DNA of 63,982 bases, counting the filler, from Choristocarpus tenellus KU-1152 (taxonomy: Eukaryota > Protista > Phaeophyceae): the NCBI GenBank assembly GCA_964200185.2. It is 12 parts of 12 records of this genome, joined end to end, with 100 filler letters (N's around TTAATTAATTAA, not from the genome) between each part and the next. Parts side by side here need not be neighbours in the genome. Positions count along the whole stretch, not along the records: positions 1 to 12,136 come from CAXNAD020001960.1; 11 more parts are not named here. The stretch is one strand, 5' to 3'. Numbering within the stretch: position 1 is the stretch's first letter; the number at the start of each line of letters is the position of its first letter. This document shows positions 1 to 12,236 of this stretch, one piece after another. Under the pieces are notes generated by a model. It was not told the DNA's origin. It saw only the letters and a program-made list of their open reading frames with translations, and did no database searches. A program made the translations under genes and the position numbers.

Positions 1-49
1 AAATGGACACTTTGGTGTAGACCCCCCCCCCTCCCGGATACTTTGGGTC
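1..49. mobile_element. MITE family B, terminal fragment
   Basis: AAATGGACAC...GTAGA-C-run-GGATACTTTGGGTC matches the end of the full copies at 17551-17727 and 20120-20296. Confidence 0.85.
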
Positions 50-98
50 CATTGGCCTTTCTGTCCCATTCAAGCCTATTATCGTTGAAGCTAGACCT

Positions 99-626
99 TC
101 ATCCTGGAAGGAGTTGGCCGTCTTGGCTCTGTTCTCTGTGGCCGTCCACCCCTCTGCCCCCTGCGCCTTTCCGGGCACATGCTCCCTCGGGAAGGACAAC
201 TGGATTCACCCCGCTGATCTTCTCCCGGATTGTGCACTTGATCATATCCCTAATCCTCCTCTGCCTTTCCTTGAAATGGCATACTCGGGCTTCCCGCCTC
301 GCTACTGCATTGTCAAGGATCTCCTTTTTAACCCTCTTTTTCGCCCTAACCCTAGCCTTACATGGTTCCGTTGGTTTGGTGGAGGTGTGTGATGGCACCA
401 CCTCTTCCTGTTCAACGTCTTTGCTCATCTTCACTGCTCCAGTCGCCCCCAAATCTCCTCCACTGCCTGCACCTTCAAGTGCACAAGTGGTTATCCCTGA
501 TTCGACATTCTCTTCATGTGTTCCCCCCATGCTCTCATCATCGATAGTGGGAAGGACATCACGAGGGGGGTACTGAGATCTTCTGAGTAAGGTTTTCTCT
601 GCCTCATTAAGCTGCCACCAGGACAT
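99..626 (-). CDS. Possible exon/ORF, acidic then K/R-rich protein of unknown function
   Basis: 175-aa ORF with protein-like composition (KARVRAKKRVKKEILDNAVARREAR); no recognised domain; splice sites not established. Confidence 0.25.
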   Translation of the reverse strand: MSWWQLNEAEKTLLRRSQYPPRDVLPTIDDESMGGTHEENVESGITTCALEGAGSGGDLGATGAVKMSKDVEQEEVVPSHTSTKPTEPCKARVRAKKRVKKEILDNAVARREARVCHFKERQRRIRDMIKCTIREKISGVNPVVLPEGACARKGAGGRGVDGHREQSQDGQLLPG

Positions 627-1033
627 TGGAGATTCAGATGTATAAAGAGAAGGAGGGGGAAGCGATTGGGTGGTGAGCGCATGTGGCTGTAGAGAGTGGG
701 CATGTTCAAAATACCTGTAATAATTACTCTGTTATTCAAGTTCCACTATACCACAACCTCAAGACTGACCTTACACACAATACACTTAGGAGTAACCATG
801 AACGTCTTTGACGTATTTTGGACAATGAATTTATTGATATTTTGCTGTAGAAGAGATTCCAACATTTTCAAACAGTGGCCGAGTTTGATGCACCCTACAA
901 AAAAAAAGAAAATCGGAAGACGGAACCGTCACAGACCCTTATTGAAAGATTATCCGATGACCAATACTTTGAAGAATGTGCATGTTGCACAAGACGGGAC
1001 CTCATAAATATAGTGGCCAACTGAGAACACACC

Positions 1034-1293
1034 AAGTCAAACTAACGAGAGGTATCGATAGTTCGTTTCAAGGATGCGTTCAAATATGTACGAAATTTAG
1101 CATATTTTACAAATGCCTGTGGAATGTTTTCCAAATTATGACGAAGAGTTCCAAAACAATAGAGAAATCAACCTTCTCAAATCAAATATTCAACTGTATT
1201 CATAGTATACTGGTAAATCGCAAAAAACGCGCGATAAACTGGTTATATATTGGAAACAGCTAAAAACTGGGCATATCTCGTTTACTTTGACTC
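1034..1293. mobile_element. MITE family C copy
   Basis: Ends AAGTCAAACTAACGAGAGGTATC ... CATATCTCGTTTACTTTGACTC match the family C TIR; flanks CACC/AACC. Confidence 0.65.
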
Positions 1294-1299
1294 AACCAA

Positions 1300-2100
1300 A
1301 TGAAAAGCAACATGGAAGGAGAACCCAGTTGAGCGGAATCACCCGTGCCTTTATGGTAGAATCTGCAGCATGCTGCTTGACAAACCTACTAGGAAGTACC
1401 CAAGAGTAGTACATGGTGTGCTTCAAAATGCTATGAGCCATTATGATAATAGGATAACTCAACAATAATGGCAACAAATTGCACTTTTCTTGCAAAGACC
1501 AAGGGTTTAGGTACACCACAGCATATAGCATATGGAACTGCTGAGGAAACAAGAAGAGGATAGAGTAAAATCTCCATGTTATGGCATGCGTCTTGAGTGA
1601 GTGTGGTGATGTAGAACATTACCGGACATGTGCTATGCTGTGCACACTTCAATGAATTTGCCCCAAGCAACCAGTTGTGTATAGTTGAAACACCAGTAAA
1701 CCCTCTGAGCTACCGAGCAGATAGTCAGCTGCTGACTATCTGCTCGGTAGCTCAGGGGTTTACTGGTGTTTCAACATGTATTTGGTCCTAAGCCTATTTT
1801 ACTCGTACCTCTTCCTGTGTTGCAGCAGATGAAAGGCCCAGACTCCAATAGTGAGACCTATTGTTCCGAAGCCAAAAGACCCTGCCTCTCAAATCAGGTA
1901 ACTTGTCCTCATCAGCTTCAACCATCCGGTTTGTGCATGGGTTAGGATTGATAATCCTTACCCTTGTTTCACGCTTTTCCCCGATGGAGACCACCCCAAT
2001 TGTGGTCTTTTACGCAATTGACATAAGGAGAAAGGGGGCGTTTAAGGACCTGCATTTAGTCATGGTTGATTCAGCCCTGTGCCTGGTATAGTTCAGACCA
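1300..2100 (-). pseudogene. Highly decayed Ty3/gypsy RT-RNase H relic
   Basis: Fragments EDKLPDL...LSSAATQEE (RT PLP...DLSSAYHQ-like) and TQDAC (RNase H TDAS-like); many stops and frameshifts. Confidence 0.35.
1683..1776. repeat. 94-bp near-perfect palindrome flanked by 5-bp direct repeat TGTAT
   Basis: Arms 1684-1729 and 1731-1775 are reverse complements except one extra T, 1-nt loop; TGTAT at 1678-1682 and 1777-1781. Confidence 0.95.
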
Positions 2101-2166
2101 AGGGAAACAATGAACACACACTACCTTCTACTTCGAGCAGATACTGTTACAAGTAGATGTGATTGA

Positions 2167-2423
2167 GAATGAAAGTATCTTGGAGGGTACGAGTTTTGCC
2201 CTGTTTGTCCATTTAGGTCTTGGCTTCCCTAAGGGTTTTTATGACGTTTTCCTACCCCAAAATATTTTAGTGTAGGTAACATTTATACGTTATGAAAAGG
2301 TGTGCCTGGAGCAAGGATATTGGCACTTCCTAACAAACACGATAGTCAAAATTACATCGAAATTGCAACATTGGATTTTGGCCCCAAATGGATGCGGCTC
2401 TACCCTCTAAGTTACTTCGGCTC
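2167..2423. mobile_element. MITE family A, full copy
   Basis: TIR GAATGAAAGTATCTTGGAGGGTA ... TACCCTCTAAGTTACTTCGGCTC; internal AAAAGGTGTG..CAAGGATATTGGCAC shared with other copies; flanks TGA/TGA. Confidence 0.9.
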
Positions 2424-3350
2424 TGAGAGGTACATACTGACTATGTCATTAACGTGATATGGGAAAACCCTATTTCTCATTCTTATCTTTTTCTGTGAGC
2501 CAGATAGTGATGTATCATTTCTTCCACATTACTATACAACTTAAAGTGCTGAAATATAGTGCACCACAGTGCAAAGGCACCAAAGTGTGATACCTCCCTG
2601 ATTCCTGCCTTGAAGAAGAGTATGGTTAGTTCTACTCCTACTTTTAGGGCACACCACATCACAACTGTTATTGGTCTCTCAGGAAAGGCTAACATATATT
2701 AACCCAGATTGATCAGTAGCATACAACCTTGATATAGACTTACATGGTACAAGAAGAGGCATATATATTGGGCAAAACATGATCACGTATAATACATACT
2801 TCAACAGCATGACATCTCAGACCACTGAGCAAATTATTGGGTGCAAACATTGGACTAAGTTGGAAAAGTGAAGGCTTTTGTCGTTTGAATAATGCGTCAA
2901 GGTCAGAAATTATATAGATTAATCGACGTGGATGGGTCACAAATGGGTAGGGAGACATGTAGGGTGGAAGCCCAAAAAATCAAGGAAGTGATATATACAG
3001 AAATAGGCTCGCATAATGCCAAAACGCTTTGGAAGCATGTAGTACAAGCCTAAATTTGCCTCGGAAAACAGTCGAGTCAAAGTCGGTGGTCGAACAAAAC
3101 AGACAGAAGAAAAAAGGTGTCAAAACGTGACCATAAGTTATAATTTTTTCTTATCAAAGGGGTGACTGTGGAGGGAAAAGTGGAAAAACGACCACAAAGA
3201 GTAAAACAAATGCTTAGGGTCGTCAACAGACTGCACAAAAGGAAATAGCCGGTCGAGGAGATAAAAACTGCTGAAAAGGTAGGAGGAGAAAACGAAAAAG
3301 GTCGTAAAATGGTGGTGGTGGATTTCCATGTGCAACGACAAGGTGGAGAA

Positions 3351-5365
3351 TGTTGAACTATCCTATCCCACACTGGACCCGCGGCTTTTTGGTGCTTTAA
3401 TGAAGGACAAAGAACAGCTTGATGGAGATGAACAATGTTAGTATTACAAGGGCCCTTGTGGTCTCGATTCCGCTGACTGAACTCATGGGTGAGACTCTAG
3501 CCTTAACTACCATCAATACTCTATAGTGTGGGGTTTGTAATCGTTTACACGAATTTACTGTAAATTACTTATTTACTTATCTTAAGTATAGGAAGTGTAT
3601 CTTGAACATGATACAACCAATCAACACTATGAATCAGTACATACAATATATGTCACTGGCTCTCCATCCTATTATCTAATCCACCGGTGGTGTCTACGTG
3701 TATCAGCAGCACTATCTACGAACACTCTCCCTTGCTGCGCAGACACTATACACCCTTAGAATGTACTTCTCTGAAGAGTTGAAAGAAACAAACTTCTGCT
3801 AACTCTCTCAAAAACAAAGCGATAAATATACCCTAATATCAAAGTTGACATTGGGTCTGTGTAGGTACAAAAACTCAGTGATCAATCAAAACATTTATCC
3901 TATTGCAGCCTCCAGTGGAAACATTATGGAGTACTTTCTCCTGCAAGTCCTTAGTGATGTCCCCTTGCGTCTCCCACAATCCATGAAATGGCAGGGTCCT
4001 TAGCAATACATCTAGCGTCTCCCACGATCCTGGAAATATCCCTAGTGTCACGCCTAAAGTGAATCTTTAGGAAAAAATAGTACTAATCAATTGACATATC
4101 ACTGAAATACCATACACAAAAAAACGAGGAAAATAACTTTTCCTTGACTAAAGTCAGTCTGCATACAACACCACAGCTGCCACTTGACTACTGTGGGTAT
4201 GCACCAAAAATAGACAACACAGATGGGGGACAAACTCAAATTAAAATAATTCAGAATGACAGTAAGCACAAGGGAAGACAGTCACAAAGGGTAATTTTCT
4301 CTTTCACCGAAAGAAGAGCTCCTGATGAAGCCTTTGAACCTGTCCAGTCTCGAACTGATGTCTTCCACCTCTCGAGATTCGGTTGGGGGAGGAGTTGTGG
4401 TCGATACCATATTCGATCTCTCCTTACTCCCCTTTCCAGAAGGTCTTCTTGTCCTCTCCCTAACTCGAACAGTCAGCGGACATTCGCTCATCTCGTGACC
4501 CAACCCTGTGCATCTCGTGCATCTTCTACCTTGACCGTCATCTTCCCCCAGTCTTGTAGCACGATCGAGGTTGGGGCAGTCGTACTTGGTGTGGCCATCT
4601 TTGCCACACATAAAACAGACTACACAGCCCTTCCTCGACCCATTCTACCAGTAGTCCGCACTCACAACCACAGCATGGCAGTTACCTTCGCCACTTGAAG
4701 AAATTGACAAGCTCCATGCTGGAAGTCGCTACCTCATCTCCACGTCCACTGCCCAGACTGATCCCCTACAGATGATGTCGGAGCCATGAAGACAGAAGTC
4801 AGTGTCACAGACTCTAAGGGTAGCTTGGACTCTCACTAAAAAAGCGAGGAAATCCTCTCCCTACTTCCCAGCTAATGTGGGGAGGTTGGCGACCCTGATG
4901 GGGTTGCCAGCAGATGTCTTGTATATAATAACTTGCTCACTACTAGTCTTGTCACTTCGCACAACGTCCCAGGAATATCCGGTCCGCTACGTAGCGTGTT
5001 GAACTATCCCACACTGGACCCGCGGCTTTTTGGTGCTTTAATGAAGGACAAAGAACAGCTTGATGGAGATGAACAATGTTAGTATTACAAGGGCCTTTGC
5101 GGGCTCGATTCCCCTGACTGAACTCATGGGTGAGACTCTAGACTTAACTATCATCAATACTCTATAGTGTGGGGTTAGTAATCGTCTACACTAATTTACT
5201 GTGAATTACTTATTTACTTATCTTAAGTATAGGAAGTGTATCTTGAACATGATGCAACCAATCAACACTATGAATCAGTACATACAATACATGTCACTGG
5301 CTCTCCATCCTATTATCTAATCCACCGGTGGTGTCTACGTGTATCAGCAGCACTATCTACGAACA
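3351..5365 (-). mobile_element. Non-autonomous copia-type LTR retrotransposon (deleted gag, no pol)
   Basis: Near-identical LTRs 3351-3724 and 4997-5365 (TG...CA); TSD GAGAA (3346-3350, 5366-5370); purine tract next to the 3351-3724 LTR on the minus strand; two CCHC knuckles CFMCGKDGHTKYDC and CTRCTGLGHEMSEC. Confidence 0.92.
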
Positions 5366-5730
5366 GAGAACTCTGTAAGCAGTACAATACACTAAGGTTT
5401 GCCATCCATAACCTTGCTTAGAATATATATTCTTACTCAACTGTTATCCACTCAGTCGTGTTTGGTTCAGAATTTGTGTACTATGTGTGTGTGGATCACT
5501 ACGTGGTGAGGTGTTGCATGTATACAAACCACCTATTCTGCTCTCTGGTGTGTCAGCCTCTACCCCACTTTCTCACATTCTCCATCCTAGTCCCTTACAT
5601 TAAAAATGCTTGCGAGTACTTGCAGGGTAAGATGATTGCCGTCTGTGGAAATAAAGCTCATCCTCTTCGCGAAATCAGGGATGGTAGTTGATATCCCACC
5701 AACCTAAACGTTTGGGAGTGATGAGAGGTG

Positions 5731-5761
5731 AGAGAGTGAGTGAGTGAGTGAGTGAGTGAGT
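5731..5761. repeat. (GAGT)n microsatellite
   Basis: Direct reading of the sequence. Confidence 0.9.
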
Positions 5762-6089
5762 AGCACTTCCTTTATAGCGGGGTGTAGACATGTAGGAGAG
5801 ACAGGGTGTGTGTGCTTTGTATGGGCAGAGTTTAGGGCCAAGGAGGGAAATGTGGAATATTTTGTATCTGTGAAGAGTGAGAAGAATGCAGAGGTGTGAG
5901 ACGGGAACAGGTATGAAGAATTAGTTTGTGTGTAATTGGAAGCACTTTCAAGTTTGAATATTCAAAGTGTGATGGGGCAGGGATGTGGGAGACTTTCTTG
6001 TTGACGAGCAGGGGGTGGAGATCATCAATGTGAATGACTGAGTGAGAAGACGACGCAATTGGTGAGTAAGGTTTGTTAATTCCTCAAAT

Positions 6090-6349
6090 GAGCCAAAGCA
6101 TCTTAGAGGGTAGGTACAGCCGCGTCCATTTGGGGGCCAAATCCAATTTCGCAATTTTGGTGTAATTTTGACTATCATGTTTGTTAGGAGATGTCAATAT
6201 CCTTGTCTGGACACTCCTTTTCATAACGTATACATTTCGCCTACTACGAAACGTTTTGAAGCAGGTAAAATGTCAATAAAACCCATGGGAAGCCAAGCCC
6301 CACATGGACAAACAGGACAAAATTCGTACCCTCTAAGATACTTTCACTC
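6090..6349. mobile_element. MITE family A, full copy (reverse orientation)
   Basis: GAGCCAAAGCATCTTAGAGGGTA ... TACCCTCTAAGATACTTTCACTC; flanks AAAT/AAAC. Confidence 0.9.
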
Positions 6350-9038
6350 AAACGCTAGGATGGGTGGTGATTGCACTTTTATGCCTGCACATGATCGTGT
6401 TATTCAATGGGGACAATTGTATATGCTTTGATCAATGAGTGGGTTGATTGACTGATGTGATCATCCCTCGCTTCATTCTTTTTGTACCTCTGCAGCTCAT
6501 ATTGTTGGAGGTGGAAGGGTACTCATTCGTAAAATATGCTATTTGAACTAGCGTGACAAGGTTCAAATCACATTATATTTTATATATTTTGAATTAAAGT
6601 GTAAGGTTATATACAATAGGAACAATGGGAAGAGGATAATATGAACTTCAAATATCCACAGGAAGAAGACTGTACAACTGGTTGGGTCGTGGTAACTGGT
6701 AAGACCTCTGTGTAATATTTTTGCATTGAGCATTGGTGGGGGATGGTATTCATTCCCTTCAATCTTGCTAGGAGGCACAGTTTGTCCTTTTGGGGTGGAA
6801 TAAGTTCTGAGAGGTAGTAAAGTTGAAGGTAGCAACACACCAATTGATAAGGAAGAACCTGTCCTCAGGGCTGCGGGTTGTATGGATTGTCTTTTTTGGT
6901 GCATTCAGTGGAGACTAGGGAGGGATATAGTTATTTCATCAAGTTACTGGGAGTATATCAGACGTGTATAACTCTATCATCACTTTACAGAAGATTTAAT
7001 CGACGAAGTATTTTTTTTATCACTTTTTAAACTGGTGGTAACCATGGTGTACAGGTGCTATTATGTTTTACATATATATTGTCTATGGTAGTGTTGAAAA
7101 CTTCAGTTCAGTCACACGCGAATGCCATCCATAAACAGACATCATCCAACATTTCTGGGATCCCAGACAGATCGATACTCAAGTATCCCCCCACCCTGCC
7201 CCCCCTTCCTTCCTCCCAGGCCTTGACAATCGTGACTTTATCTTCTTTGTAGAAGACAACCTAATCAGCTAATCCTGCAGTCTACCAGTCCTCCCTCCTT
7301 GAAGGTCACAAGAAAATTATAGGTTGGTAGGGGACAGTGAGGTACTTCAAGTAGCGATGGGATGCCTACCTTCTTTTGAGCTCTGGTTCGAGCGTTGCAG
7401 TTTCCGAGGAAAGCTTGGAAGGCCTCGCCATTATTTTGGATATGAGAAACTCCAAGTTTCCTGTGCAAGGAGTGACAAGGTTGACAAAGGCACCGTAGTA
7501 TCGTGATTTCAAAAACGCTATCAACTGAGTAGTTTTAGGGAACTATAGAGGGGCAACTCTATAAAGATACAAAAGTCAGAGTGGCAATACGTTGTCTATG
7601 TTGGCAGGTTAGAATCTCCCTGGATAATATTGCATACCATATTTTTTACTCACCAATTTCGTTGTTCTAACATCTGTGGATACATACTCTGTCATCATTC
7701 ACCCGCCATTATCCTTCCAAATGGGTTAAAACTTGTGTTGGTTTTGAGGTACTTAACGTTTTCGACCCTTGAAGAGTATCCTCTTCCCCAGCCATTGTCA
7801 GCCACCTTAGCACAAGTCGATCCACACATAATATATCTTGGAAAGATGTAGTACTTTCTGATGTGTGATAAGATGCTATTGTTCTTCCTCAATTCATTGG
7901 CTTGTCCACATAGTATACCTCTAAATAACAGTCAACGACACAACTTCAGCAAGAGCTTAATCTTTTAGCATCTTGCCAGGGCCATTCCATTGGATCAACA
8001 TGGCTCAAAGTGCCATTGTTGAAGTGTGAGACAAGAGTACAAAGTCAAGCTCTTCTACTCCCATCAGATCTTTCCAATCATATCATTCCTCTCTTTTTCT
8101 GACAGGGTAATTCCACATCCTGCATATCCCCTCTCCTAGAGTGTTAATGCTCACACAATGGACACTATTGCTACCTGAGTTCAACTTCTGGCCTGAACCC
8201 ATGGTGCACACATGACCCCCAAGGAGCTGGTGAGCCATGGGCGTAAACTGGCAGGTCCCAGGTCTAGAAGGAGTTTTGATGCGAAGGAAAGGAAGAGAAT
8301 TGGAGGACAAGAGCAAGCAATGAGTGATGACAATCACCCTGCAGTGGTGTGAGATCTATTCTAGAGAGGGAGGGTGGGCAAGTATCTTCTTGTCACGTGT
8401 TTCTCTAGATCGGACGGCGGAAAGTGGGCCTGGAGTATGACAAACCTTGTGAACTCATTGAGGGTTTCAATTAAGCTGATTCCATGTTCCTGAAAGATTT
8501 GGTCACTTGCGCCGATCCTCTTGGATGCAAGCAGCCTTTCCATCCTCATTGCTAGGACATGGTCGTATAGATATGTCTAAATGAAGTAGATTTGGAGGTT
8601 GCGGGAAAGGGCTCGTTAGGATAATCTGTTCGTAAAAGCGCAAAGAGGATTGAGGGCAAGTCTACAAGAGGTGCCATCGTGAGACAAGCAGGCAGTCGCA
8701 AGTAGTTGGCCGATGCCAGGACCGATTATACTGTCCAGAATCGAAGGCATATACTCTCCTAGATCGAAGTGCACCAGCAATTTAATTCACCGGGCAAAGT
8801 TTCACGTGTGGATATAATTCAAACTTCGAAATACCTCGACAGGACGGGTTTCTAGACTCAACGATGACGACGTTTCTTCTTCGTTCAGATTTTTGCTTGT
8901 TTTGTGGAAGACGAATTTGCGACAGGCCTAGCGGTCATTGAGGGGAAAAACTGTGGCACTCTCCCCTTCCTCCTCAAGTCTGCATGTGTACTTTGCGGGC
9001 ATCGCGGAGGTCACTTACTACGATAGTCAGAGTTGGGC

Positions 9039-9472
9039 TGTTACAGGCGAATAGCGCTTTAAGCGGCGCAAGCAGTGTACGCGCGTGGGCAACCCCAAAA
9101 GGGGGAACTCCGATTTGCCAAAACGTTCCAGAATAAAATCTGTAACTCGGGAAAGTCGTAGAGGGTCCCAGATGTAAAGGTCGCAAGGGTTCTCAGATAT
9201 ATTCCAATGTCTGTAAACCAGAAGAAGCCTCATCAATAAATGATGATAAGAGATCCTGAAAACGGCTCCAAACGACTCAGTTCTTCTGACCTAGAGGACC
9301 CACCTATTCAGTTTTTTTGTTCTCTCTTAACTGATATCGATAAACACACTTCCTTGTGCTACTTGATTCACCTGAGAGTACTCCTGTTCTGCTGAGTTAA
9401 CGTGCGTTTATCTCTGAATTAGATTTGAGTTGTACATCCTCTGGAGGTGAGTTCTGAGGGGCGCCTGTAACA
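9039..9472. mobile_element. Solo LTR with 4-bp TSD
   Basis: 11-bp terminal inverted repeat TGTTACAGGCG ... CGCCTGTAACA; GGGC on both sides; same end recurs at 27787-27853. Confidence 0.8.
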
Positions 9473-11502
9473 GGGCTCCCACACAGTGAGAATCTATGTG
9501 ACCGGTAAGATCCATATAGCTTACCTTGGGTACCTCCCGGACAAGCCGTATTACCTCGACGTATTTCATAGTTCTATTATGAGATCACCGTCTGACGTCA
9601 CTCCCTCCAAGTGTAGTCATGCTTTTTGGCACCTACGATCACGACTTCGGGAGGAACCAATACGGGTTTTTTCAACTCGTAATTTGGCGATGTCAATCGA
9701 ATCAGGAGGATATATTTTCGATTTCGATATCGAACCTCTAATTTATGTTTCTCCCCTAGTTTCCTTTCTATTGAAATGGGCTATCCAGCTCGGATAACCA
9801 GAGTAGATGCAAAATGTAGTGGTGTTGATCTTGGAGACTTTCGTAAAACCGCTTTGGTACATTCTTTTTCTTTTCAATGTTATAATGCCTTGTTTTCTTC
9901 AACAAGTGGTGTATCTCTTCATGTATATGGTTAGATGATGAGATGAAAAGAAAAGATAATAGAGTTGAAACATTTTGTTTCTTCAAAATGACATGGTTCT
10001 ACAATTTGAAAGCAAGACATGTCGCACCTCCCTATCATGCGATTTAGGGCCCTACTACAACGATGGCAAACAACACAATAATGTACGGCTACCTACCTGT
10101 GGTTCCTGTTGTACGTCTACACTAAACCAATACTTCAGTCCACCAAGCAGATATCAGGGCACATCATCACTCACCACCATTAGTGCCTGGTCTATGCTGC
10201 TTTTGACATTGTCTCTTTTCCTAAAAAATAAATCTTTTGTGCCCTTCTATCCCATATTTTTTCTTCTTTCCTCTCTTCTTTCCTCTCTTCTTTCCACTCT
10301 TCAATACTTTCTTTTTTCCCCTCATCTTCTGCGTTGTTGACGTTGCTTGTCTTCACTTTTTTTTTCTGAGGACTATCCCGACCTTTGGTCAGAGACACTA
10401 CACACTGCACTTCTTCTCATACCATCTACTACTTTTATACTACTTGCTACACTGCTATCTCTTGTACTGTGACTGTTTTGCACTACTGCTGTTACCTTTG
10501 TTTGTGCTTTCCTCATTAGGCCTATTGGATTCAGCAATCCCAAATCTTGTCACTCTTCCTACTCTCTCAAATGTTGTGATGTGCTCACCTCGAAGTTGCC
10601 ACATTGATCTTGGTCAGGTGTTTCTTGCAGTCTAGGGACAGATGATAGGATGGTGCAGGTGGTGTACAGTCTGCTGTGCTTGCTCTGTGGAGTTGTACAA
10701 ACCAAGAAGGAAGTAGATTTCCATGAAGAAATGAAGACCAGCATTGATGGAGTTCTAACCTGCAAAATTCATGCAGGGAACAGCCTCCTCGACCACTGAT
10801 CCCATAAAGAGAGCGCCCTCTTCTCCATGCACACTTGATGAATAAAGGTTACTCGGATTGGCTAGAACTGGTGTGACACTGAAGATATTATTCCCTATTC
10901 TCCCTCTTTCGCGTAGGACCTGATGATGATGTGTGACGACACTGCTATTGACATGCTATTTCAAGTACTGATTGTTAATGCAAGGTTGGTTCACTACCAG
11001 AGGCTATCTTGGTTGAGACCCTTGGTTGATATACACCATAACTTTTTTTTCTCCATGTTTTTTCACTAATATTCGTATCTTTTTCTCTTTTGATAAACAC
11101 ACACACAACAGTATTATGTTGCTCAAGCAATATGTGTTACTTCTTGTCTAACTACACTTCTACCATTAATAATTGGGTCTCCTCAATAATCAGAAGAAAA
11201 GTACTCCTCCGTTTGGAATTAAATGTAATATAACGTATGCAGCTGTGATGGAACAGCAAGGGCTTTTTTACAAATGTTCACATTTGATGGGGGTGTATTG
11301 TGCAGACATCAAGAGGTTGCCCAACAAAGTCTCAAACAAATGGGGCAGCCTACGCTATACTTGTCTATGATTCCGCACTCGAAGCCCTCCAAACTCCATT
11401 CCAGCATGAAATTTAGCGATATCCACTGGGGCATTCGAGGGGAGTTTTCTCGCCTTCTCAGCCTTTTCCTTGCTAAGATGGGGAATTTTGAAGATCTTCT
11501 TG

Positions 11503-11759
11503 TGGTGAACGTATCATAGAGGGTATAAGTTTTGCCCTGTTAGTCTGTTTGGGACTTGTCTTCCCAAGGTTTTTAATGACATTTTTCCTACTCCCAAAAT
11601 ATTTCGAGTGGGTAAAATGTGTATGTTACGAAAAGGTGTGTCCAGAGCAAGGATATTGACATCTCCCAAAAACAAAATTGCCAAAATTTCATAAAAATTG
11701 CAACGTTGGATTTTGGTCCCCAAACGGACACATCTCTACTCTCTAAGATAATTTGACTC
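11503..11759. mobile_element. MITE family A copy
   Basis: Degenerate left TIR, internal motifs conserved, right end CTCTAAGATAATTTGACTC. Confidence 0.85.
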
Positions 11760-11764
11760 TCACC

Positions 11765-12111
11765 CTTGGACTTCAGCACTTCACAAATAATTCCGAAGGA
11801 GACTTTGCCAAAGCCCACTCTAGTGTCTCCCGGTGGTACACATCGAATGCTTCCACATTTTGGTCGCTCCAGCTCCTTTGTGTCAATCACCCCCCCTGTC
11901 TTCCTTCAGGTGTTGGATGGAATGGAAGAATCCCAGGTTGTTGGCGTTGAGGTCAGGTAAGTGGACTGGCTGGGTCCCTATGAGAATATCGTCCCCCACG
12001 CCTCCTCAATTACCTCCATGATCCCCTCCTTGGTGTGAGTGGCTTTACCCCGCATGCCCTGCTACACAAAGATGGTGTGTCCTTTCGGTTTAGGCATGCA
12101 GGCCTTGAATA
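11765..12111 (-). pseudogene. Tc1/mariner (DD39D-like) transposase fragment
   Basis: Translation TQPVHLPDLNANNLGFFHSIQHLK resembles QPPNSPDLNVLDLGFFRAIQ; bounded by MITE A and MITE B. Confidence 0.75.
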
Positions 12112-12136
12112 GACCCAAAGTATCTGGGAGGGGGGG
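12112..12136. mobile_element. MITE family B terminus at contig end
   Basis: GACCCAAAGTATCTGGGAGGGGGGG. Confidence 0.8.
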
Positions 12137-12236
12137 NNNNNNNNNNNNNNNNNNNNNNNNNNNNNNNNNNNNNNNNNNNNTTAATTAATTAANNNNNNNN
12201 NNNNNNNNNNNNNNNNNNNNNNNNNNNNNNNNNNNN
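12137..12236. other. Artificial scaffold linker N44-TTAATTAATTAA-N44 (also 16949-17048, 19879-19978, 23935-24034, 27687-27786, 30668-30767, 33566-33665, 44671-44770, 49337-49436, 57531-57630, 60324-60423)
   Basis: Identical 100-bp construct with stops in all six frames at 11 positions. Confidence 0.98.

Noticed and set aside
7300-8960. Possible gypsy integrase/chromodomain remnant with a PPT before TGTGGCAC at 8952
   Set aside because: Too degenerate to support; matching LTR end not found
10237-10635. Hydrophobic F/L-rich ORF resembling a membrane protein
   Set aside because: Results from pyrimidine-rich low-complexity sequence
12181-12192. TTAATTAATTAA motif repeated 11 times and ORFs ending in X..LIN/N
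   Set aside because: Artificial six-frame-stop scaffold linker centred in N runs
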